A DNA stretch of 62,691 nt, counting the filler, from Nemertoderma westbladi (lineage: Eukaryota > Animalia > Xenacoelomorpha), in NCBI GenBank assembly GCA_032718475.1. It is 3 parts of 3 records of this genome, joined end to end, with 100 filler letters (N's around TTAATTAATTAA, not from the genome) between each part and the next. Parts side by side here need not be neighbours in the genome. Positions count along the whole stretch, not along the records: positions 22,417 to 47,363 come from JAUCBJ010008478.1; positions 47,464 to 62,691 come from JAUCBJ010005692.1; 1 more part is not named here. One strand, given 5' to 3'. The notes under the pieces were generated by a model. It was not told the DNA's origin and searched no databases. It worked only from the letters and a program-made list of their open reading frames with translations. Positions 34,487-47,762 of the stretch are shown here, piece after piece. A program made the translations under genes and the position numbers. Each line of letters starts with the position of its first letter. The stretch's first letter is position 1.

Positions 34487-37400
34487 TCTGTATGCTCCCG
34501 CCCCCTCCACCCACATATATAGGTTCGTCTATCTGTATGCTCCCATCCCCTCCATATAGGTACGTCTATCTGTATGCTCCCATCCCCTCTATAGGTACGT
34601 CTATCTGTAAGCTCCCATCCCCTCTATAGGTACGTCTATCTGTATGCTCCCACCCCCTCTATAGGTACGTCTATCTGTATGCTCCCATCCCCTCTATAGG
34701 TACGTCTATCTGTATGCTCCCATCCCCTCTATAGGTACGTCTATCTGGATGCTCCCATCCCCTCTATAGGTACGTCTATCTGTATGCTCCCATCCCCTCT
34801 ATAGGTACGTCTATCTGGATGCTCCCATACCCTCTATAGGTACGTCTATCTGTATGCTCCCATCCCCTCTATAGGTACGTCTATCTGTATGCTCCCACCC
34901 CCTCTATAGGTACGTCTATTTGTATGCTCCCACCCCCTCCATATAGGTACGTCTATCTGGATGCTCCCATCCCCTCTATAGGTACGTCTATCTGTATGCT
35001 CCCATCCCCTCTATAGGTACGTCTATCTGTATGCTCCCATCCCCTCTATAGGTACGTCTATCTGGATGCTCCCATCCCCTCTATAGGTACGTCTATCTGT
35101 ATGCTCCCATCCCCTCTATAGGTACGTCTATCTGTATGCTCCCATCCCCTCTATAGGTTCGTCTATCTGTATGATCCCATCCCCTCTATAGGTACGTCTA
35201 TCTGTATGCTCCCATCCCCTCTATAGGTACGTCGATCTGTATGCTCCCATCCCCTCTATAGGTACGTCTATCTGTATGCTCCCATCCCCTCTATAGGTAC
35301 GTCTATCTGTATGCTCCCACCCCCTCCATATAGGTACGTCTATCTGTATGCTCCCATCCCCTCTATAGGTACGTCTATCTGTATGCTCCCATCCCCTCTA
35401 TAGGTACGTCTATCTGTATGCTCCCATCCCCTCTATAGGTACGTCTATCTGTATGCTCCCACCCCCTCCATATAGGTACGTCTATCTGTATGCTCCCACC
35501 CCCTCCATATAGGTACGTCTATCTGTATGCTCCCATCCCCTCTATAGGTACGTCTATCTGTATGCTCCCACCCCCTCCATATAGGTACGTCTATCTGTAT
35601 GCTCCCATCCCCTCTATAGGTACGTCTATCTGTATGCTCCCACCCCCTCCATAGGTAGGTACGTCTATCTGTATGCTCCCACCCCCTCCATATAGGTACG
35701 TCTATCTGTATGCTCCCATCCCCTCTATAGGTACGTCTATCTGTATGCTCCCACCCCCTCCATATAGGTACGTCTATCTGTATGCTCCCATCCCCTCTAT
35801 AGGTACGTCTCTATCTGTATGCTCCCATCCCCTCTATAGGTACGTCTATCTGTATGCTCCCATCCCCTCTATAGGTACGTCTATCTGTATGCTCCCATCC
35901 CCTCTATAGGTACGTCTATCTGTATGCTCCCATCCCCTCTATAGGTACGTCTATCTGTATGCTCCCATCCCCTCTATAGGTACGTCTATCTGTATGCTCC
36001 CATCCCCTCTATAGGTACGTCTATCTGTATGCTCCCATCCCCTCTATAGGTACGTCTATCTGTATGCTCCCATCCCCTCTATAGGTACGTCTATCTGTAT
36101 GCTCCCATCCCCTCGATAGGTACGTCTATCTGTATGCTCCCATCCCCTCTATAGGTACGTCTATCTGTATGCTCCCATCCCCTCTATAGGTACGTCTATC
36201 TGTATGCTCCCATCCCCTCTATAGGTACGTCTATCTGTATGCTCCCATCCCCTCTATAGGTACGTCTATCTGTATGCTCCCACCCCCTCCATATAGGTAC
36301 GTCTATCTGTATGCTCCCATCCCCTCTATAGGTACGTCTATCTGTATGCTCCCATCCCCTCTATAGGTACGTCTATCTGTATGCTCCCATCCCCTCTATA
36401 GGTGCGTCTATCTGTATGCTCCCACCCCCTCCATATAGGTACGTCTATCTGTATGCTCCCACCCCCTCCATATAGGTACGTCTATCTGTATGCTCCCATC
36501 CCCTCTATAGGTGCGTCTATCTGTATGCTCCCATCCCCTCTATAGGTACGTCTATCTGTATGCTCCCATCCCCTCTATAGGTACGTCTATCTGTATGCTC
36601 CCACCCCCTCCATATAGGTACGTCTATCTGTATGCTCCCATCCCCTCTATAGGTACGTCTATCTGTATGCTCCCATCCCCTCTATAGGTACGTCTATCTG
36701 TATGCTCCCATCCCCTATATAGGTACGTCTATCTGTATGCTCCCATCCCCTCTATAGGTGCGTCTATCTGTATGCTCCCACCCCCTCTATAGGTACGTCT
36801 ATCTGTATGCTCCCATCCCCTCTATAGGTACGTCTATCTGTATGCTCCCATCCCCTGTATAGGTACGTCTATCTGTATGCTCCCATCCCCTCTATAGGTA
36901 CGTCTATCTGTATGCTCCCACCCCCTCTATAGGTACGTCTATCTGTATGCTCCCATCCCCTCTATAGGTACGTCTATCTGTATGCTCCCATCCCCTCTAT
37001 AGGTACGTCTATCTGTATGCTCCCATCCCCTCTATAGGTACGTCTATCTGTATGCTCCCATCCCCTCTATAGGTACGTCTATCTGTATGCTCCCATCCCC
37101 TCTATAGGTACGTCTATCTGTATGCTCCCATCCCCTCTATAGGTACGTCTATCTGTATGCTCCCATCCCCTCTATAGGTACGTCTATCTGTATGCTCCCA
37201 TCCCCTCTATAGGTACGTCTATCTGTATGCTCCCATCCCCTCTATAGGTACGTCTATCTGTATGCTCCCTTCCCCTCTATAGGTACGTCTATCTGTATGC
37301 TCCCACCCCCTCTATAGGTACGTATATCTGTATGCTCCCACCCCCTCTATAGGTACGTGTATCTGTATGCTCCCATCCCCTCTATAGGTACGTCTATCTG

Positions 37401-40400
37401 TATGCTCCCATCCCCTCTATAGGTACGTCTATCTGTATGCTCCCATCCCCTCTATAGGTACGTCTATCTGTATGCTCCCATCCCCTCTATAGGTACGTCT
37501 ATCTGTATGCTCCCATCCCCTCTATAGGTACGTCTATCTGTATGCTCCCATCCCCTCTATAGGTACGTCTATCTGTATGCTCCCATCCCCTCTATAGGTA
37601 CGTCTATCTGTATGCTCCCATCCCCTCTATAGGTGCGTCTATCTGTATGCTCCCACTCCCTCCATATAGGTACGTCTATCTGTATGCTCCCATCCCCTCT
37701 ATAGGTACGTCTATCTGTATGCTCCCATCCCCTCTATAGGTGCGTTTATCTGTATGCTCCCATCCCCTCTATAGGTACGTCTATCTGTATGCTCCCATCC
37801 CCTCTATAGGTACGTCTATCTGTATGCTCCCACCCCCTCCATATAGGTACGTCTATCTGTATGCTCCCATCCCCTCTATAGGTACGTCTATCTGTATGCT
37901 CCCATCCCCTCTATAGGTACGTCTATCTGTATGCTCCCATCCCCTCTATAGGTACGTCTATCTGTATGCTCCCATCCCCTCTATAGGTACGTCTATCTGT
38001 ATGCTCCCATCCCCTCTATAGGTACGTCTATCTGTATGCTCCCATCCCCTCTATAGGTGCGTTTATCTGTATGCTCCCACCCCCTCCATATAGGTACGTC
38101 TATCTGTATGCTCCCATACCCTCTATAGGTACGTCTATCTGTATGCTCCCACCCCCTCCATATAGGTACGTCTATCTGTATGCTCCCATCCCCTCTATAG
38201 GTACGTCTATCTGTATGCTCCCATCCCCTCTATAGGTAGGTACGTCTATCTGTATGCTCCCATCCCCTCTATAGGTACGTCTATCTGTATGCTCCCATCC
38301 CCTCTATAGGTACGTCTATCTGTATGCTCCCACCCCCTCCATATAGGTACGTCTATCTGTATGCTCCCATCCCCTCTATAGGTACGTCTATCTGTATGCT
38401 CCCATCCCCTCTATAGGTACGTCTATCTGTATGCTCCCATCCCCTCTATAGGTACGTCTATCTGTATGCTCCCATCCCCTCTATAGGTACGTCTATCTGT
38501 ATGCTCCCATCCCCTCTATAGGTACGTCTATCTGTATGCTCCCATCCCCTCTATAGGTACGTCTATCTGTATGCTCCCATCCCCTCTATAGGTACGTCTA
38601 TCTGTATGCTCCCATCCCCTCTATAGGTACGTCTGTCGTCTATCTGTATGCTCCCATCCCCTCTATAGGTACGTCTATCTGTATGCTCCCATCCCCTCTA
38701 TAGGTACGTCTATCTGTATGCTCCCATCCCCTCTATAGGTACGTCTATCTGTATGCTCCCATCCCCTCTATAGGGTACGTCTATCTGTATGCTCCCATCC
38801 CCTCTATAGGTACGTCTATCTGTATGCTCCCACCCCCTCCATATAGGTACGTCTATCTGTATGCTCCCATCCCCTCTATAGGTACGTCTATCTGTATGCT
38901 CCCATCCCCTCTATAGGTACGTCTATCTGTATGCTCCCATCCCCTCTATAGGTGCGTCTATCTGTATGCTCCCACTCCCTCCATATAGGTACGTCTATCT
39001 GTATGCTCCCATCCCCTCTATAGGTACGTCTATCTGTATGCTCCCATCCCCTCTATAGGTACGTCTATCTGTATGCTCCCATCCCCTCTATAGGTACGTC
39101 TATCTGTATGCTCCCATCCCCTCTATAGGTACGTCTATCTGTATGCTCCCACCCCCTCCATATAGGTACGTCTATCTGTATGCTCCCATCCCCTCTATAG
39201 GTACGTCTATCTGTATGCTCCCATCCCCTCTATAGGTACGTCTATCTGTATGCTCCCATCCCCTCTATAGGTACGTCTATCTGTATGCTCCCATCCCCTC
39301 TATAGGTACGTCTATCTGTATGCTCCCATCCCCTCTATAGGTACGTCTATCTGTATGCTCCCATCCCCTCTATAGGTACGTCTATCTGTATGCTCCCATC
39401 CCCTCTATAGGTACGTCTATCTGTATGCTCCCATCCCCTCTATAGGTACGTCTATCTGTATGCTCCCACCCCCTCTATAGGTACGTCTATCTGTATGCTC
39501 CCACCCCCTCTATAGGTACGTCTATCTGTATGCTCCCATCCCCTCTATAGGTACGTCTATCTGTATGCTCCCATCCCCTCTATAGGTACGTCTATCTGTA
39601 TGCTCCCATCCCCTCTATAGGTACGTCTATCTGTATGCTCCCATCCCCTCTATAGGTACGTCTATCTGTATGCTCCCATCCCCTCTATAGGTACGTCTAT
39701 CTGTATGCTCCCATCCCCTCTATAGGTACGTCTATCTGTATGCTCCCATCCCCTCTATAGGTACGTCTATCTGTATGCTCCCATCCCCTCTATAGGTACG
39801 TCTATCTGTATGCTCCCTTCCCCTCTATAGGTACGTCTATCTGTATGCTCCCACCCCCTCCTATAGGTTCGTCTATCTGTATGCTCCCACCCCCTCCATA
39901 TAGGTTCGTCTATCTGTATGCTCCCACCCCCTCCATATAGGTACGTCTATCTGTATGCTCCCATCCCCTCTATAGGTACGTCTATCTGTATGCTCCCATC
40001 CCCTCTATAGGTACGTCTATCTGTATGCTCCCATCCCCTGTATAGGTACGTCTATCTGTATGCTCCCACCCCCTCTATAGGTACGTATATCTGTATGCTC
40101 CCACCCCCCTCTATAGGTACGTCTATCTGTATGCTCCCATCCCCTCTATAGGTACGTCTATCTGTATGCTCCCATCCCCTCTATAGGTACGTCTATCTGT
40201 ATGCTCCCATCCCCTGTATAGGTACGTCTATCTGTATGCTCCCATCCCCTGTATAGGTACGTCTATCTGTATGCTCCCACCCCCTCTATAGGTACGTGTA
40301 TCTGTATGCTCCCATCCCCTCTATAGGTACGTCTATCTGTATGCTCCCATCCCCTCTATAGGTACGTCTATCTGTATGCTCCCATCCCCTCTATAGGTAC

Positions 40401-43400
40401 GTCTATCTGTATGCTCCCATCCCCTCTATAGGTACGTCTATCTGTATGCTCCCATCCCCTCTATAGGTACGTCTATCTGTATGCTCCCATCCCCTCTATA
40501 GGTACGTCTATCTGTATGCTCCCATCCCCTCTATAGGTACGTCTATCTGTATGCTCCCATCCCCTCTATAGGTACGTCTATCTGTATGCTCCCATCCCCT
40601 CTATAGGTACGTCTATCTGTATGCTCCCATCCCCTGTATAGGTACGTCTATCTGTATGCTCCCATCCCCTGTATAGGTACGTCTATCTGTATGCTCCCAC
40701 CCCCTCTATAGGTACGTGTATCTGTATGCTCCCATCCCCTCTATAGGTACGTCTATCTGTATGCTCCCATCCCCTGTATAGGTACGTCTATCTGTATGCT
40801 CCCATCCCCTGTATAGGTACGTCTATCTGTATGCTCCCACCCCCTCTATAGGTACGTGTATCTGTATGCTCCCATCCCCTCTATAGGTACGTCTATCTGT
40901 ATGCTCCCATCCCCTCTATAGGTACGTCTATCTGTATGCTCCCACCCCCTCTATAGGTACGTGTATCTGTATGCTCCCATCCCCTCTATAGGTACGTCTA
41001 TCTGTATGCTCCCATCCCCTCTATAGGTACGTCTATCTGTATGCTCCCACCCCCTCCATATAGGTACGTCTATCTGGATGCTCCCATCCCCTCTATAGGT
41101 ACGTATATCTGTATGCTCCCACCCCCTCCATAGGTACGTCTATCTGTATGCTCCCACCCCCTCCATAGGTACGTCTATCTGTATGCTCCCACCCCCTCCA
41201 TAGGTACGTCTATCTGTATGCTCCCATCCCCTCTATAGGTACGTCTATCTGTATGCTCCCACCCTCTCCATATAGGTACGTCTATCTGTATGCTCCCATC
41301 CCCTCTATAGGCACGTCTATCTGTATGCTCCCATCCCCTCTATAGGTACGTCTATCTGTATGCTCCCACCCCCTCCATATAGGTACGTCTATCTGTATGC
41401 TCCCACCCCCTCCATATAGGTACGTCTATCTGGATGCTCCCACCCCCTCTATAGGTACGTCTATCTGTATGCTCCCATCCCCTCTATAGGTACGTCTATC
41501 TGTATGCTCCCACCCCCTCCATATAGGTACGTCTATCTGTATGCTCCCACCCCCTCCATATAGGTACGTCTATCTGTATGCTCCCATCCCCTCTATATAG
41601 GTACGTCTATCTGTATGCTCCCATCCCCTCTATAGGTACGTCTATCTGTATGCTCCCATCCCCTCTATAGGTACGTCTATCTGTATGCTCCCACCCCCTC
41701 TATAGGTACGTCTATCTGTATGCTCCCATCCCCTCTATAGGTACGTCTATCTGTATGCTCCCACCCCCTCTATAGGTACGTCTATCTGTATGCTCCCATC
41801 CCCTCTATAGGTACGTCTATCTGTATGCTCCCATCCCCTCTATAGGTACGTCTATCTGTATGCTCCCATCCCCTCTATAGGTACGTCTATCTGTATGCTC
41901 CCATCCCCTCTATAGGTACGTCTATCTGTATGCTCCCATCCCCTCTATAGGTACGTCTATCTGTATGCTCCCATCCCCTCTATAGGTACGTCTATCTGTA
42001 TGCTCCCATCCCCTCTATAGGTACGTCTATCTGTATGCTCCCATCCCCTCTATAGGTACGTCTATCTGTATGCTCCCATCCCCTCTATAGGTACGTCTAT
42101 CTGTATGCTCCCATCCCCTCTATAGGTACGTCTATCTGTATGCTCCCATCCCCTCTATAGGTACGTCTATCTGTATGCTCCCACCCCCTCCATATAGGTA
42201 CGTCTATCTGTATGCTCCCACCCCCTCCATATAGGTACGTCTATCTGTATGCTCCCACCCCCTCTATAGGTACGTCTATCTGTATGCTCCCATCCCCTCT
42301 ATAGGTACGTCTATCTGTATGCTCCCATCCCCTCTATAGGTACGTCTATCTGTATGCTCCCATCCCCTCTATAGGTACGTCTATCTGTATGCTCCCACCC
42401 CCTCTATAGGTACGTCTATCTGTATGCTCCCATCCCCTCTATAGGTACGTCTATCTGTATGCTCCCATCCCCTCTATAGGTACGTCTATCTGTATGCTCC
42501 CATCCCCTGTATAGGTACGTCTATCTGTATGCTCCCATCCCCTGTATAGGTACGTCTATCTGTATGCTCCCACCCCCTCTATAGGTACGTGTATCTGTAT
42601 GCTCCCATCCCCTCTATAGGTACGTCTATCTGTATGCTCCCATCCCCTGTATAGGTACGTCTATCTGTATGCTCCCATCCCCTGTATAGGTACGTCTATC
42701 TGTATGCTCCCACCCCCTCTATAGGTACGTGTATCTGTATGCTCCCATCCCCTCTATAGGTACGTCTATCTGTATGCTCCCATCCCCTCTATAGGTACGT
42801 CTATCTGTATGCTCCCACCCCCTCTATAGGTACGTGTATCTGTATGCTCCCATCCCCTCTATAGGTACGTCTATCTGTATGCTCCCATCCCCTCTATAGG
42901 TACGTCTATCTGTATGCTCCCACCCCCTCCATATAGGTACGTCTATCTGGATGCTCCCATCCCCTCTATAGGTACGTCTATCTGTATGCTCCCACCCCCT
43001 CCATAGGTACGTCTATCTGTATGCTCCCACCCCCTCCATAGGTACGTCTATCTGTATGCTCCCACCCCCTCCATAGGTACGTCTATCTGTATGCTCCCAT
43101 CCCCTCTATAGGTACGTCTATCTGTATGCTCCCACCCTCTCCATATAGGTACGTTTATCTGTATGCTCCCATCCCCTCTATAGGCACGTCTATCTGTATG
43201 CTCCCATCCCCTCTATAGGTACGTCTATCTGTATGCTCCCACCCCCTCCATATAGGTACGTCTATCTGTATGCTCCCACCCCCTCCATATAGGTACGTCT
43301 ATCTGGATGCTCCCACCCCCTCTATAGGTACGTCTATCTGTATGCTCCCATCCCCTCTATAGGTACGTCTATCTGTATGCTCCCACCCCCTCCATATAGG

Positions 43401-46400
43401 TACGTCTATCTGTATGCTCCCACCCCCTCCATATAGGTACGTCTATCTGTATGCTCCCATCCCCTCTATATAGGTACGTCTATCTGTATGCTCCCATCCC
43501 CTCTATAGGTACGTCTATCTGTATGCTCCCATCCCCTCTATAGGTACGTCTATCTGTATGCTCCCACCCCCTCTATAGGTACGTCTATCTGTATGCTCCC
43601 ATCCCCTCTATAGGTACGTCTATCTGTATGCTCCCACCCCCTCTATAGGTACGTCTATCTGTATGCTCCCATCCCCTCTATAGGTACGTCTATCTGTATG
43701 CTCCCATCCCCTCTATAGGTACGTCTATCTGTATGCTCCCATCCCCTCTATAGGTACGTCTATCTGTATGCTCCCATCCCCTCTATAGGTACGTCTATCT
43801 GTATGCTCCCATCCCCTCTATAGGTACGTCTATCTGTATGCTCCCATCCCCTCTATAGGTACGTCTATCTGTATGCTCCCATCCCCTCTATAGGTACGTC
43901 TATCTGTATGCTCCCATCCCCTCTATAGGTACGTCTATCTGTATGCTCCCATCCCCTCTATAGGTACGTCTATCTGTATGCTCCCATCCCCTCTATAGGT
44001 ACGTCTATCTGTATGCTCCCATCCCCTCTATAGGTACGTCTATCTGTATGCTCCCACCCCCTCCATATAGGTACGTCTATCTGTATGCTCCCACCCCCTC
44101 CATATAGGTACGTCTATCTGTATGCTCCCACCCCCTCTATAGGTACGTCTATCTGTATGCTCCCATCCCCTCTATAGGTACGTCTATCTGTATGCTCCCA
44201 TCCCCTCTATAGGTACGTCTATCTGTATGCTCCCATCCCCTCTATAGGTACGTCTATCTGTATGCTCCCACCCCCTCTATAGGTACGTCTATCTGTATGC
44301 TCCCATCCCCTCTATAGGTACGTCTATCTGGATGCTCCCATCCCCTCTATAGGTACGTCTATCTGTATGCTCCCACCCCCTGTATAGGTACGTCTATCTG
44401 TATGCTCCCACCCCCTCTATAGGTACGTCTATCTGTATGCTCCCACCCCCTCTATAGGTACGTCTATCTGTATGCTCCCATCCCCTCTATAGGTACGTCT
44501 ATCTGTATGCTCCCATCCCCTCTATAGGTACGTCTATCTGTATGCTCCCATCCCCTCTATAGGTACGTCTATCTGTATGCTCCCACCCCCTCTATAGGTA
44601 CGTCTATCTGTATGCTCCCACCCCCTCCATATAGGTACGTCTATCTGTATGCTCCCATCCCCTCTATAGGTACGTCTATCTGTATGCTCCCACCCCCTCC
44701 ATATAGGTACGTCTATCTGGATGCTCCCATCCCCTCTATAGGTACGTCTATCTGTATGCTCCCATCCCCTCTATAGGTACGTCTATCTGTATGCTCCCAT
44801 CCCCTCTATAGGTACGTCTATCTGTATGCTCCCACCCCCTCTATAGGTACGTCTATCTGTATGCTCCCACCCCCTCTATAGGTACGTCTATCTGTATGCT
44901 CCCACCCCCTCTATAGGTACGTCTATCTGTATGCTCCCATCCCCTGTATAGGTACGTCTATCTGTATGCTCCCACCCCCTCTATAGGTACGTGTATCTGT
45001 ATGCTCCCATCCCCTCTATAGGTACGTCTATCTGTATGCTCCCATCCCCTGTATAGGTACGTCTATCTGTATGCTCCCATCCCCTCTATAGGTACGTCTA
45101 TCTGTATGCTCCCACCCCCTCTATAGGTACGTCTATCTGTATGCTCCCATCCCCTCTATAGGTACGTCTATCTGTATGCTCCCATCCCCTCTATAGGTAC
45201 GTCTATCTGTATGCTCCCACCCCCTCTATAGGTACGTGTATCTGTATGCTCCCATCCCCTCTATAGGTACGTCTATCTGTATGCTCCCATCCCCTCTATA
45301 GGTACGTCTATCTGTATGCTCCCACCCCCTCCATATAGGTACGTCTATCTGGATGCTCCCATCCCCTCTATAGGTACGTCTATCTGTATGCTCCCACCCC
45401 CTCTATAGGTACGTCTATCTGTATGCTCCCACCCCCTCCTATAGGTACGTCTATCTGTATGCTCCCACCCCCTCCTATAGGTACGTCTATCTGTATGCTC
45501 CCATCCCCTCTATAGGTACGTCTATCTGTATGCTCCCACCCTCTCCATATAGGTACGTCTATCTGTATGCTCCCATCCCCTCTATAGGTACGTCTATCTG
45601 TATGCTCCCATCCCCTCTATAGGTACGTCTATCTGTATGCTCCCACCCCCTCCATATAGGTACGTCTATCTGTATGCTCCCACCCCCTCCATATAGGTAC
45701 GTCTATCTGGATGCTCCCACCCCCTCTATAGGTACGTCTATCTGTATGCTCCCATCCCCTCTATAGGTACGTCTATCTGTATGCTCCCACCCCCTCTATA
45801 GGTACGTCTATCTGTATGCTCCCACCCCCTCCATATAGGTACGTCTATCTGTATGCTCCCATCCCCTCTATAGGTACGTCTATCTGTATGCTCCCATCCC
45901 CTCTATAGGTACGTCTATCTGTATGCTCCCATCCCCTCTATAGGTACGTCTATCTGTATGCTCCCATCCCCTCTATAGGTACGTCTATCTGTATGCTCCC
46001 ATCCCCTCTATAGGTACGTCTATCTGTATGCTCCCACCCCCTCTATAGGTACGTCTATCTGTATGCTCCCATCCCCTCTATAGGTACGTCTATCTGTATG
46101 CTCCCATCCCCTCTATAGGTACGTCTATCTGTATGCTCCCATCCCCTCTATAGGTACGTCTATCTGTATGCTCCCATCCCCTCTATAGGTACGTCTATCT
46201 GTATGCTCCCATCCCCTCTATAGGTACGTCTATCTGTATGCTCCCATCCCCTCTATAGGTACGTCTATCTGTATGCTCCCATCCCCTCTATAGGTACGTC
46301 TATCTGTATGCTCCCATCCCCTCTATAGGTACGTCTATCTGTATGCTCCCATCCCCTCTATAGGTACGTCTATCTGTATGCTCCCATCCCCTCTATAGGT

Positions 46401-47363
46401 ACGTCTATCTGTATGCTCCCATCCCCTCTATAGGTACGTCTATCTGTATGCTCCCACCCCCTCCATATAGGTACGTCTATCTGTATGCTCCCACCCCCTC
46501 CATATAGGTACGTCTATCTGGATGCTCCCATCCCCTCTATAGGTACGTCTATCTGTATGCTCCCACCCCCTCTATAGGTACGTCTATCTGTATGCTCCCA
46601 CCCCCTCTATAGGTACGTCTATCTGTATGCTCCCACCCCCTCCTATAGGTACGTCTATCTGTATGCTCCCATCCCCTCTATAGGTACGTCTATCTGTATG
46701 CTCCCATCCCCTCTATAGGTACGTCTATCTGTATGCTCCCATCCCCTCTATAGGTACGTCTATCTGTATGCTCCCACCCCCTCCATATAGGTACGTCTAT
46801 CTGTATGCTCCCATCCCCTCTATAGGTACGTCTATCTGGATGCTCCCATCCCCTCTATAGGTACGTCTATCTGTATGCTCCCACCCCCTCCATATAGGTA
46901 CGTCTATCTGTATGCTCCCATCCCCTCTATAGGTACGTCTATCTGTATGCTCCCATCCCCTCTATAGGTACGTCTATCTGTATGCTCCCATCCCCTCTAT
47001 AGGTACGTCTATCTGTATGCTCCCATCCCCTCTATAGGTACGTCTATCTGTATGCTCCCACCCCCTCTATAGGTACGTCTATCTGTATGCTCCCTTCCCC
47101 TCTATAGGTACGTCTATCTGTATGCTCCCACCCCCTCTATAGGTACGTCTATCTGTATGCTCCCATCCCCTCTATAGGTACGTCTATCTGTATGCTCCCA
47201 TCCCCTCTATAGGTACGTCTATCTGTATGCTCCCATCCCCTCTATAGGTACGTCTATCTGTATGCTCCCATCCCCTCTATAGGTACGTCTATCTGTATGC
47301 TCCCATCCCCTCTATAGGTACGTCTATCTGTATGCTCCCACCCCCTCCATATAGGTACGTCTA
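34487..47363. repeat. 35-bp satellite, ~12.9 kb (roughly 360-370 units), running into the gap
   Basis: Unit GTACGTCTATCTGTATGCTCCCATCCCCTCTATAG, with a frequent 37-bp variant ...CCCACCCCCTCCATATAG. Confidence 0.98.
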
Positions 47364-47463
47364 NNNNNNNNNNNNNNNNNNNNNNNNNNNNNNNNNNNNN
47401 NNNNNNNTTAATTAATTAANNNNNNNNNNNNNNNNNNNNNNNNNNNNNNNNNNNNNNNNNNNN
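47364..47463. other. Artificial contig spacer
   Basis: 44 N + TTAATTAATTAA + 44 N. Confidence 0.97.
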
Positions 47464-47762
47464 CTCTCTTACCTTCGGTATATCAAGAATATTGGGTGTC
47501 GGGGTTATTTCTCGTTATTCCAATATAATAATTCATCAACAAATATAATGAATAACCGACAACAAATAGCAGTATGCAGTATTCACAGATCAATCGTGCC
47601 AGTTTGTTTTGATATTTACAGAGTTTAAAGCCAGGTTGTTTGATGCGTAATTGCAGCCAGTTAAAGGATATATGTCCTTGTAATTAAACCTACTAGTGTT
47701 GAGATAAAAAGCATAAAACATAAAACACTAAAAAGCCGTTCTTTCGTGGCTTTGAAAAACTC

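Noticed and set aside
35673-35909. 78-aa ORF in the satellite
   Set aside because: A chance open frame through repeat monomers.
34487-47363. 35-bp repeat array as a CRISPR array
   Set aside because: Units are head-to-tail with no unique spacers, there are no cas genes, and the context is eukaryotic.
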